From Eledone cirrhosa (taxonomy: Eukaryota): DNA of 64,000 nt. A program made the translations under genes and the position numbers. The notes under the pieces are model-generated. The model did no database searches and was not told the DNA's origin. It worked only from the letters and a program-made list of their open reading frames with translations. The number at the start of each line of letters is the position of its first letter. Within the stretch, counting starts at the first letter, position 1. Shown here in pieces: positions 36,111 to 47,133 of the stretch. The stretch lies in NCBI GenBank assembly GCA_964016885.1, contig OZ024742.1, forward strand, positions 112,716,001-112,780,000. The letters run 5' to 3'.

Positions 36111-38184
36111 ATGGCTACGACAAAGAAATTTCATACGTCACTCCCACTCATTCCGTCTTCTTCTTCCTCAATCATCACTACAGCAGAGAGAAGATTGTCT
36201 CTCTCCCTCCCTTCTTTAAATGTGTCTCTCTCCCTCCCTTCTCTTTCGCAAGTGACGAAAGAAAAGAAAAGTCTCGTGCAAAGCGTGCAAGGTTTCTCCA
36301 CGACGACGACGACAGCGACGAAACAGGTGTGCGGGAAATACGAAAACCCAGTTCATTCGTCTGACGTCAGGAATAATAGCAGTAGCAGCCGTAATAACAA
36401 CAGCAACAGTGACAATGAAAACAACAGTAGCAGCCGCAACAGCATCACCAGCAGCATAAACAACAACAGCATTAGCAGCAGCAACACCAACAACAACCAC
36501 AGCAACAGCGGCGGAGGCAGTAGTCGTAGTACCTGCAGCAACAACAAAAGTACCAGCAACTCTGACGACAACAACAACAGCAGAGAAAAACCAATCTCAT
36601 TTGCAGGTATTGCGAAAAACTTGGAAACAATCCTCATAACAAATGAGGAATTAGAGGAAGCGAAGAAGATGGTGACAAAGAACGGACACCGAGCAATCTG
36701 CAAGGCAGCGGAAAAAATTTTCGAAACGCAAGAGCACTGTACGGTCACGTACCGTACAGTAAGTACAAAATCCCGTAGGGTGGAAAGAGCCACAGAGGCC
36801 CAAATACAAAAAGCCTTGGGGTTTGTGTGACAGCGGAAAACGCACATCACCCGAGGCAAAAAATATGCCACCGTAGACGTACTTTTTGCCACACCCCAGG
36901 AGGCAAAGTCCCAATCAGTAGTGACCCTAAGGAGCGAGGAAATGGTGTTGGTGCCCTCCTACTGCGGGCAAAAAAATTGTGAGGGTCAAACTGACCCACG
37001 TCCCCCCCGGAATGAGCCCTTCTTGGCTGGCCGCGTCTGTCCTCGTCGGAATCGAGGACAAAACAACTGTACTGCAAGTACAGAGAAAAGTAAGAGAAGA
37101 TTGGGTCGGCTCCTCCATTGAGATGCTAATCCAAACCAACCAGGAGTGCGTCGAAGCTATCCCGGATGTGATAGACTTCGATAACGGCACTCAACTGCCC
37201 ATAAGTGTTGAGGGCAAACGCCCGAAATGCTTTCGCTGTGGATCGAAGACTCACCTCAGGGGCTTCTGCAACGAGAAGACCCTGAGAAAGGAGAAAACCC
37301 CCCTCCTTCCGAATCCGGCTCCACGGCTACCAGCAACAGGACAAGCGGCAACCAGGAACGATAGGTCCGTGGCACCCATACCCACTCCACAGAAATCAAA
37401 AACAGCAGCAGCAGTGGAAATATTAACAACAACGACAGCAATACCAAATGCAGCTGCAACAGAGACTCCAGTGCAAACATCACCAACAACAACAAGTGAA
37501 AGAGTGGAGCTGGTACCCCTCCCCGACCTCACAGAATCAGACATGGAGTGTGAGGTGGGAGAGGGATGGCAAAAGGTCGCAAGAAGGCACAAACGCAGAA
37601 GCAGCGCATCGTCGCCTTTGAAAAGGGAGGAAAGAAATGAGAAAAGGGTAAAGTCTACTGCAAAGAGACCCACAGCAGCAACACCGGCACCACCATCACC
37701 ACCGGCGACAACCCCACCGCCAACAACACCTTCAACACCACCACCACAAGCACCAACATCGCAAACACAACAACAAAACACACACACCCAGCAACAACGA
37801 CAAGAAAATAGCAGAACCACACCCCACCCCCAGAAAAACAAATGCACGGCAATAAACACACACAACAAGAAACTAATGACTTACATAATTGAACACACAG
37901 ACATTTCACAACAGGACTACATAATACCAGCACCAATCAAAACGCCAACTAACATAAGACTGCTAAAAATAGCACAGAAACAATACACAAATATTAAAAC
38001 GAAATTTCCCAACGCAGTTGGTGATTTCAGGGACCTAGGAGGAACCATTAATCGAAGAGTATATTCAGACATTCTCTTAGAAGAGCCGACGACCAGCCGA
38101 AGGGACGATTCAACGGTCCCTTCACCAGACGATCAAGTGAAAAGGGATGTAAAAACCATCCCTCCTCTACCAAAAATACGGTAA
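36111..38184 (+). pseudogene. Tx1 ORF1 (Asn/Ser-rich N-terminus, RRM-like region, CFRCGSKTHLRGFC knuckle, Pro/Thr linker), with one stop and one frameshift
   Basis: The TGA at 36828 and the extra A at 36970-36976 are TGG and in-frame sequence in T1. Confidence 0.88.
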
Positions 38185-38219
38185 GTGGTCTTTCCCATCT
38201 TTTCCACTCTATTTTAAAC

Positions 38220-41200
38220 ATGACCTCACTCAGAATAGGCAGCATAAATGCGCGTGGCTTGGGGTCGTCATGGAAGCAGGGTCACCTGCTCAACGACCTC
38301 AGGTCACTAAACATAGATGTAGTGGCCATCAGCGAGACCAGAATCTCCGAAGCACGGGCCTTCGCACCGATCTTCGGCGGCTACGATGTGTACGCATCTC
38401 CCAGCCGTCCTGGATCCGGTGGAGGAGTTGCTGTACTTTTTCGGAGAGGTTTGGATCTCGCCATACGGGCCATCTTCCTGGACCCAGAGGGTAAGCTGGT
38501 GGTGCTGGACGTGACCAGCGGAGACGGGCAAGCTTTCAGGCTAGTGGCCGTCTATGCCCCGACAGGAGCAGGGCGGCCTGATTTCTTCCGGCGTCTGGAG
38601 ACCTTTCTTGGAACGTCCCGCTCTTTAGTGTTAGTGGGCGACTGGAACGGGATCTTAGATGCACGCTGGGACTGTGTGGGATTAGCGGATAGGGGTGGAG
38701 GGTGCAAGAGCCTCACCAACCTGCTCAGGCGTTTTGAACTGTCTGACAGGTACCGATTGGATTTCCCGAATGTGCCAATGTGGACTTGGACAAACCGCAT
38801 AGGGTCATCCAGATCATATCTAGATAGAGTATTTTGTAGGGAAATAGATAGGTCTAGCATAGGCTGTCCACAATTCAAGATAGTCAGCTACACGGACCAC
38901 AAATTCGTGATCTGTGTGCTTGACTTAGATAGGCTTCATAGACGAGGACCCGGCTACTGGAAGCTAAACGCGTCCTTACCAGCGCGCAAGGCCTACAGAG
39001 ACCGGATTAGCGAACTAGTTAAGCGGGCGTTGACGGGGGCCATCGTCAACAACAAGTGGTGGTTTGCTCTGAAAAGAGCGATTAGAATAGAATCGATTAG
39101 GTTTAGTAAGGCTTTAGCAATAGAGAAAAATAGAGCAGAGGGAGAACTAGTTAGAAAATTAGACGAGGCGCTTAGCAAAGGCATTGCGACCGACGTGCTT
39201 GCGGCGAAATTGGCCCTTGACCAATTCTTCAATGCAAAGCACGAAGGCTGCGTTGTCAGAGCTAGGGTGCGTGCTCTCAGACACGAGGGGACGAAAGCCG
39301 TTCAATGGGCCCGAGTGGCGGAGGCGCGTCGTGGCAACAAAGCCACGATCCGGTCTTTGGTGGACCACGACGGGCGCATGCTACTCGATCCCGGGCAAAT
39401 GTGTGAAGCTTTTCAGCGACACTTCGCTCAGCTGTTCGGGGGCAGCGGGGGGCCGGGTAGAGGGATGGACTTTAGTGTCTACCTCGACGGGCTGCCGCGG
39501 CTCTCGGCCACTGAGGCGAGGTGTTGCGAAAAGCCGATAACAGCCGCTGAAGTACGGGAGGCAATGACTGGCTGCACAAGGGGTAAATCGCCTGGTTTGG
39601 ATGGTCTGCCCTATGAACTTTACGTACAGATGCCAGACTTGTTCGGAGGCCTCTTGGCGGACGTCTACTGCAACTGGCAACAGAACGGGAGAATTCCCAG
39701 TTCTGTGAGCCGAGGAGCGGTGGCACTGCTGAGAAAGGATCCGAACAAGGGGGATAACATAGACAATTTCCGGCCCATAACTCTGCTAAACACAGAGTTT
39801 AAGATTTTGGCCAAGGTGCTAGCAAAGAGGTTGGCGCTTGTCGTTGGTGGTCTGGTGGGAGAGGCGCAGACATGCGCCATTCCCGACAGATCCATCCACG
39901 ACAACCTCCACCTCATGCGATACATCGTAGAGAGGGTAGCTAGGGAACCTGGCACGGGTGGGTCCTTGATCAATTTAGATCAGTCGAAAGCTTTCGATAG
40001 GGTCGACCATCGTTACCTAGCGGCAGTCCTGAGGGCGGCTGGCTTTGGGCCCGTCTTCAGAGGCTGGATCGCTGCCATGCACAGCGACATCTGCTCTGTG
40101 GTGAGAGTGAACGGTCACCTGTCGGAACCGTTCAACATCATGCGCTCGGTCCGCCAAGGATGTCCCCTCTCGTCCCTCTTGTACGTATTGACTCTCGAGC
40201 CATTACTGCACAAACTGGAGACGTTGAGGGGAGTCCCGCGCGAACTAGGATGCGGAAGATCCGTGTCAGCATATGCGGACGATGTCACCGTAGTGGTGTC
40301 GAACGCCAAACACATCGAGGCGATCGGCACTACACTAAGAGAATACGAAGCGGTGACAGGAGCAATGATCAACCAGGAAAAGTCAGTGGGCCTGCAGCTC
40401 GGCACCTGGAGAGGCAGGTCCATGCCGTCCAACAGCGTCGTCGGGCGCTGGACGGACGGACCGGTTAAATTGCTAGGGGTCTGGTTCGGTCCGGACCTCC
40501 AGACGGACAAAAACTGGGACGAGGTGACGAGCAGGGTGGCTTCTCTCACCCAGAAATGGGCGGAGAGGAAGCTATCCCTGAAAGGTCGAGCGGAGGTGGC
40601 TAACGCGTACATCGCGTCTGTCATCTGCTACCGCCTAACCGTCGTACCTTGTCCTAAGCCTCGCCTGACTGCGCTGGAGCGTTTGCTCTTTCGCTTTTTG
40701 TGGAAGGGACGTGCTCCGATGGTCAGGCGGTCCATCTGTTGTCAACACCCGCTACGTGGAGGGCTGGGCATGCCGTGGCTGATGATGCGCAGGCACGCGC
40801 TCAGGCTACGACATCTCCACCTCTTCCTCGACGGTGATCAGGTGTGGTCGCCGTTTGCTAGACGCGTTTTTCCCCAGCTCGTTTCCTTGACGGAGCTGCA
40901 GTCCTGGGTCAAGCGAAGACCGAGAGGGAGCGCCTGGAGACTGGAATGTCTTCAGGCGCTCACAGCCCTCGACCAATCGGGCAATGTGATCGGTGGAAAC
41001 TCCACCTCGGCGTTCTATAGAGGATTAGTGGAGGGGAAGAGCGACGACGTACTTGGGGAAACTCTAGGCGTCGACGAAAATCAACTAGCCAATCTCTTCG
41101 GAAGAACTTTCGGGCCAGGGCCTATGGACAACTTCCAGAAATCTCTGGCCTGGCAGTGCTACCGAGGAGCCTTGCCAGTTCGGGATAAACTCTACAGGCA

Positions 41201-41639
41201 TGGAGGTGCCGTCAGCCGGGCATGTCCGAGATGCGCGCAGGGCGACGAAACCGTCCTGCACGCACTCGTCCAGTGTCCGAAAATTGCTGACTTGTGGGTT
41301 TATGTCGAACACCTGCTGTCGCGTTTAGGACGGATCCAGCTATCATCTGAGTCCATCGTGAGGATTGCCCCGCCCTCCTCCTTTAGCCGGGAAGGGCAGG
41401 CAGTTTTTATCTGTCTGGTGGCCATGGCGAAAGAGATAGTATGGTGGACACGTTTGAAAGGGCTGAAGACGAGCACTTACCTCTTCGGTGATGCTCTGAT
41501 TGACTTTTTCAAATTTCATTTGAAAAGGAAAATCAGAGTAGAGAGGGAAGTGCTCTCTTCCCAGCATTTTGTTGAAAGATGGGTGAGAGAAGCAAGAATG
41601 GCCCGAGTGAATGGGCCGACTCTGAGTATATATCTGTAA
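38220..41639 (+). CDS. Tx1 ORF2: APE endonuclease + reverse transcriptase + C-terminal CCHC, intact (1139 aa)
   Basis: SINARG, SETR, GDWN, SYLDR, TDH; KSPGLDG, FRPITLLN, DQSKAFDRV, RQGCPLS, YADD; CPRC..DETVLHALVQC. Confidence 0.96.
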   Translation: MTSLRIGSINARGLGSSWKQGHLLNDLRSLNIDVVAISETRISEARAFAPIFGGYDVYASPSRPGSGGGVAVLFRRGLDLAIRAIFLDPEGKLVVLDVTSGDGQAFRLVAVYAPTGAGRPDFFRRLETFLGTSRSLVLVGDWNGILDARWDCVGLADRGGGCKSLTNLLRRFELSDRYRLDFPNVPMWTWTNRIGSSRSYLDRVFCREIDRSSIGCPQFKIVSYTDHKFVICVLDLDRLHRRGPGYWKLNASLPARKAYRDRISELVKRALTGAIVNNKWWFALKRAIRIESIRFSKALAIEKNRAEGELVRKLDEALSKGIATDVLAAKLALDQFFNAKHEGCVVRARVRALRHEGTKAVQWARVAEARRGNKATIRSLVDHDGRMLLDPGQMCEAFQRHFAQLFGGSGGPGRGMDFSVYLDGLPRLSATEARCCEKPITAAEVREAMTGCTRGKSPGLDGLPYELYVQMPDLFGGLLADVYCNWQQNGRIPSSVSRGAVALLRKDPNKGDNIDNFRPITLLNTEFKILAKVLAKRLALVVGGLVGEAQTCAIPDRSIHDNLHLMRYIVERVAREPGTGGSLINLDQSKAFDRVDHRYLAAVLRAAGFGPVFRGWIAAMHSDICSVVRVNGHLSEPFNIMRSVRQGCPLSSLLYVLTLEPLLHKLETLRGVPRELGCGRSVSAYADDVTVVVSNAKHIEAIGTTLREYEAVTGAMINQEKSVGLQLGTWRGRSMPSNSVVGRWTDGPVKLLGVWFGPDLQTDKNWDEVTSRVASLTQKWAERKLSLKGRAEVANAYIASVICYRLTVVPCPKPRLTALERLLFRFLWKGRAPMVRRSICCQHPLRGGLGMPWLMMRRHALRLRHLHLFLDGDQVWSPFARRVFPQLVSLTELQSWVKRRPRGSAWRLECLQALTALDQSGNVIGGNSTSAFYRGLVEGKSDDVLGETLGVDENQLANLFGRTFGPGPMDNFQKSLAWQCYRGALPVRDKLYRHGGAVSRACPRCAQGDETVLHALVQCPKIADLWVYVEHLLSRLGRIQLSSESIVRIAPPSSFSREGQAVFICLVAMAKEIVWWTRLKGLKTSTYLFGDALIDFFKFHLKRKIRVEREVLSSQHFVERWVREARMARVNGPTLSIYL

Positions 41640-41924
41640 ACTAAAGGTGGAAAACTGGGAGAGGGCACTTGCCTTGGTGGTCAGGGTCATTGTGGCTTTT
41701 TACTGGGCTTTCTCCACAAATGTCCCTCCGAAGTCTCCCCCCTATTGGGGAATTTTTCATTGTTATTTTCATTGTTATTTTTGTTACATCCTCTGTTTTT
41801 GTTTTTTTACACGCAGAAATGCCCATTTGTACCGTCCTGCATTGTCCTGCACTGTCCTTAATGTCTACTTTATGTAAACCCTTGTGGTTAATAAAGAAAT
41901 CATTATTATTATTATTATCCAGAC

Positions 41925-41955
<31 letters not shown>

Positions 41956-41967
41956 GTTATTGTTATT

Positions 41968-44900
41968 CCTTGAATCTCAGTCATTGATGTTGGTTAACTG
42001 GAAAGTCCGTTGGATTGAATATCAAGCTACTACCTGCAGCCTCAGATATTCAGGACGTATCGGAGGGTTATTGCCGTTCCAAGCAAGCATGCCTTTTGAA
42101 GCGTTCCAAAAAGCGTGAAGGGGCCGATTTTCTTTAACCATCCCTGGAAACCTTTGGAGATAGTCCCCAGTGCGCCTATGACAATCGGGATCACTTTGAC
42201 TTCATGGCAGTTCCAAATCCTTTTCACCTCCCACTTTAGGTCCTGGTATCGGTTAATGTTCTCCCTCTCCTTCTCTTGCACTCTCGTGTCGAACGGGCAG
42301 GCCACATCCACAATCAGGCACGATCTTTTTTCTTTGTCCACAACCACCAGGTCAGGTCTATTGTGTTCCAGTTTTTTGTCCGTCTGTATCCTAAAATCCC
42401 ACAGCACCTTCACCTGACTGTTCTCCATCACCGCCTCTGGCCTATGCTCATACCATCTCTCAGAATGTGGTAGATTGTTTACTTTGCACAGGTGCCAGTG
42501 GATCACCCTGCCCATCACATCGTGTCTCCAGCCCTTATAGTGGGTCTGGGCTAGGTGTTTACACTCAGACACAATGTGAGCCACAGTCTCCTCTCTCTCT
42601 CTACAGATCCTGCACAGTGGGCTAGCCTCCTCCTTGTAGATATGGTGCTTCAACCACTTCGTTTTGAGGGCCTGCTCCTGCGCAGCCATTAGCATTCCTT
42701 CTGTAGCCTTTTTGAGGTCTCCTCTTCTCAACCAGTTCCATGTCTGTGGATATCTAAATTCAGTTTTCTCAAAGAAGGTACTATGAAGGGATTTTCCCTT
42801 AAGGCTGCTCTTCCTCCTTGATGTTATTTCCTCCTTGGATATCCCCTGGCCTACTGTCCCCTCCTTCAGTACAGCTCTGAGCATTGGCTCCTTACTATAG
42901 GTCACGTATTTGTATAGGTTGTTTTTCTCCATCTGAACACAGTCCTGTATGCTGATAAGACCTCTTCCACCCTCAGATCTCCTTAGGTAGAGTCTATCGA
43001 CATCACTCCTCTTGTGGAACATGTTGTAGATAGTCAATAGCTTCCTAGTCTTCCTATCCATTTCTTTTTGTTCAGCAACATTCCATCTCAGAATTCCCGC
43101 ACTGTACCTAATAATAGACACAGCTCGGGAATTTACTGCGCTTATGGCATTTCTGCTGTTCAGATGTGACTTCAATACGCTCCTTACTCTCTGAATGTAT
43201 TCAGTTCTTAACAATTCCTTCATTTTTTTGTTCTTTATGCCATCAGCCTCCAGAACGCCCAAATACTTGTATCCTTCCTCAGAGTCAATTTCCTTTATCA
43301 TCTCACCTGTTGGTATCTGGATCCCGTTACTTCTGCTCAACCTACCCCTCTTCATCACAATGACTCCACATTCACCAATACCAAACTGCATACATATATC
43401 ACTGCTGAAAATACGGACAGTGTCAACAAGCACATCCAACTCCTTCTCACTTTTCCCGAAGAGCTTAAGATCGTCCATGAAGAGGAGGTGATTGATGGTA
43501 AGCTCTCCCCTTCCCAACTTGTATCCTGCTCTCACTTTTCGCAGCATAATGGTCAAGGGCATCAGGGCAAGGACAAACAACAGAGGGGACAGGCTATCTC
43601 CCTGGAAGATACCTCTCTTGATCTTCACGCTTCCCAAGGATACTCCAGTTGTTGTCAACTCTGTCTCCCAGAACCCCATACTCCTGCCCAGCAACTGTCT
43701 GATGTTATCTGCCACCCTGAAGATCTCCAGGCTTTTGGTGATCCAGGAATGAGGCACCATGTCAAATGCCTTTCTGTAGTCTATCCATCCCATGGCAAGA
43801 TCAGTGTGTCTCCTCCTGCAATTCCCCATTACCATCTTATCAATAAGCAACTGGTCCTTTGTACCACGTGACTTCTTTCGGCATCCTTTCTGTTCGTCCG
43901 GTAACAAGTTGTTTGTGTGGAGGTGATGGTAGATTTCCTCAGACACAATGCTCGTCAACAGTTTCTACATTACGGGCAGACATGTGATAGGTCTATAGTT
44001 GGTAACATCATTACCCTTGATTCGGTCTTTCATTATCAGAACTGTGGTACTTTTTGTCAACCACTCTGGCACCTCACCCGACACCAAGCAGTCATTGAAC
44101 ATGGCCGTCAGCTTCGGGTGGAGGGATGTTAAATGTTTAATCCAATACCCCTGCACACCATCTGGGCCTGGTGATTTCCAGTTGGTTAGTTTTTTGGCTT
44201 GCCCCTTAAGAGTTTCAACTGTGATACTCAAATCAGTCTGTTGTTGTGCCTGCTCACCGATCTCCCTCTGTACTGTCTCAATCCACCCTGCCTGGGCATT
44301 GTGTCTAACATCCTGCTCCCATATTCCTCTCCAGAATGTTTTAGCTTGTTCCGCCCCAGGGATCAAGTCGTTGCCTCTTTCTTTCCCCTCAAGCTGTCCA
44401 AACAGCATCTTCTGGTTGTTGTCGAACATGCGGTTCTGTTTATACTGACTGACTCTGTTCTCGTATCGCCTGATTTTGGCACTCTTTGCTACAATGCGTT
44501 GCTTCAATTCCTCTATGATAATATTTAGCTTTTTACTCCTAGTTTTGTATTTTATTTCCAGTCTATTTTTAGTGCCTATGTATTTTAGTGTCCCATTCTG
44601 TAGTGACTCAAGCTTTCCTATGTCATTTCTCATTTCCCCGATTTGCCCACTCAGTCGCTTCTTCCACCACGGCTCTGCTCTTTCTTGTCTGTTGTTTCCT
44701 CTCGCTTTTATACCAAGTAGTTTCCTCACCGTATTTGCTGTTTCTTTGAGGATATTGTTGCACTGGTGAAGACTCCTCGCCTCAAGGTATGGGATGACTT
44801 TGTTTACCTTAGCTGTAGTTTCTTTTAACTTTTCCCTGTCTACAAATCTTAGGTTCATAGGTCTCCCACTATCATTGTTCAACTCATCTACCACTAAATT

Positions 44901-45076
44901 TAGGATGTCAACCGAATCTTGTCCTAGACCGTCAGCATTCATCTCCTCAGTGGCCGTATCTCTGTTCCAGGTATTATTTATCTCAGTATTCAGATCATTG
45001 TCTGCTTCGGGTGGTTCCTCCGTTCTCAGGACCTCCTCACCTTCATTTCCCGCCGGCTCGCTTGTCTGGCATACTA

Positions 45077-45078
<2 letters not shown>
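41968..45078 (-). mobile_element. R4/Dong family A, copy A4 (duplicate of A3)
   Basis: Translations identical to A3, including the TAG. Confidence 0.95.
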
Positions 45079-45124
<46 letters not shown>

Positions 45125-45138
45125 TATTATTATTATTA

Positions 45139-47116
45139 CAGTTGCATTTATCTTGCTTTATGTTCATACGAGTTATCACCAAGACACAACCAGTGACCTC
45201 AAGAGACAACAAGGTCCGCCATGTTCAAGAAAGAACATACATATTCACACATGCATCTTTAGTGTTTAGACTGGTGATGTACTTATGTTGACAAAATCTT
45301 CCTTAGTATATGGGCAGTTCCCATTAATACTCTCTTTTGTATTTCTTCTATACGCGGGTTTCCTGGGATTTGCGATATGTAATCATTAGACCCCTTAGGT
45401 ATCATTCCCAGAGCGCCTACAACCACTGGTATGTTTTAGTTCTCAATTTCCAAATTTTTCCAATTTCTATCTCCAGGTCCTTATACTTGCTCAATTGTTC
45501 AAATGTTTTTATAGATACATTCTTGTCTATTGGAACAGACATATCAATTAGCAGGCATACCCTCTTTTGAAAGTCCTTCAATATTATATCAGGTCTGTTT
45601 GCATCTATTTTTCGGTCTGTTTGGATGCTAAAGTTCCACAAGATTGAGATGTGATCTTTTTCAAGTATGGGAGGTGGTTGATGCTCACACCAATTCTTTT
45701 GATGGGGCAGGTCAATATGCTTACACATTATCCAATGTATGTATTGTGCAGCTCTGTCATGCCTGTTTAGGTATTCGGTTGGAGCTATAGGACTACACAT
45801 TGAAATTATATGGTCAATGGTCGCTGGTTGTTTTTTACATACACGGCATAATGGGCTGCACCAATTTTTTATTATGTTGGCTTGGTAATTTTTTGTTGGC
45901 AGACACTGATCTTGTGCCGATATAATCAGTCCTTCAGTCTCCGATTTCAGTCCAGAGGATGCCAACCACTGATGGGTTAAAGTTTTGTCAACATCAGGAT
46001 TGTTAGCTCGCTCTGGGTATTTTCCATACAGAGGCTTTTCTTGCCATTTCTTAGCCAGTTTCTGTAGCAGTTCTTTCTTTGCAGTTACTTTTACCTGCTT
46101 TGCCTTTTCTGTGTTTTCCATTTCAGCAGTAAATGGGACTTCAGGAATGTGTAGTCCATTACTGTATCTTTGTGCATATTTTGTAATGGAGTATCTTTTG
46201 ATGCTTTCGTGTTTCAAAACGAGTTTGATCATCCAATCATGTGATTCCCTTAGATATGTAGATAATCCAATTGTTGCAGTTTTCAACGCAATGTATAACT
46301 GGATTAACCCACGTCCTCCTTCTTTCCTAGGGAGATATATTCTATCTATATCTGCCTTAGGGTGATGCATTCTGTGCATGGTTAAGAATTTTCGGATTTT
46401 TTTATCGAGCCTACGGACCTCTGTGCTTGACCAGTTGATGACATAGTAACTGTAGGTTACTACTGGTATGGCAATCGTGTTTATGGCATCGATCCTATTC
46501 CTTGCATTCAATTCCGTTCTTAAGATTGCTCTTACTCTGCGGTAACATTCCTTCCTTATCCTTTCCCTCATTGTCGAGTGCTTGATTCCGTCTCCTTCAC
46601 AAACACCTAGATATTTGTAAGTTTTTTCTTGATCAAGTTCTCTTATCACGTTCCCCCGATCAAGATTAATGTCTGAACTCTTCAGCAGCTTTCCTCTGGT
46701 GAACGTTGCTTTGGCGCATTTGTCTAGTCCAAACTCCATTTTAATGTCATCACTGAACTGCTTCACAGTGGATAATATCCCTTGCAATTGTTCATCATTT
46801 TTTGCAAATAGTTTCAGGTCATCCATGTGGAACAGGTGATTAATGGTTTTGTCATAGATTTTATATCCATGTTTTGTTTCATTGAGCATTTTACTTAATG
46901 GTATAAGTGCGATGCAGAATAAAAGCGGTGATAAAGAGTCAACCTGAAAAATTCCACATTTAATATTAACTTCTCCAGCTTCCAGTGATTTTGTTTCACT
47001 ATTCAAAAGGAGTGTCGTTTTCCATGTCTTCATACTTGAATGACAAAAACCTCCTGACAATGGGGGATACTTTGAACATCTCTAAACATTTTTCAATCCA
47101 ACTGTGTGGCAAACTA
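45139..47116 (-). mobile_element. R4/Dong family B, copy B4 (duplicate of B3)
   Basis: Translations identical to B3. Confidence 0.94.
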
Positions 47117-47133
47117 TTATTATTATTATTATT

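Larger units (their letters stand above)
30664..37978 (+). repeat. 7.3-kb direct duplication, copy 1
   Basis: Every six-frame ORF and microsatellite length recurs at a constant offset of 11238; first mismatch seen at 37979/49217. Confidence 0.93.
35896..41901 (+). mobile_element. Full-length Tx1/L1-clade element T3 (probably chimeric)
   Basis: (ATT)n | 5' UTR | ORF1 | ORF2 | 3' UTR with AATAAA | (ATT)n. Confidence 0.95.

Noticed and set aside
36828-36980. Programmed TGA read-through plus a +1 frameshift at an A7 run in Tx1 ORF1, present in two copies
   Set aside because: T1 has TGG (GHVWAKK) and an in-frame CGQRLVKIRV at the same sites. The two copies share the lesions only because of the 7.3-kb duplication.
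38552-40624. Antisense ORFs recurring in several Tx1 and R4 copies
   Set aside because: They are shadows of the sense ORFs, recur only because the copies are homologous, and have no motifs.
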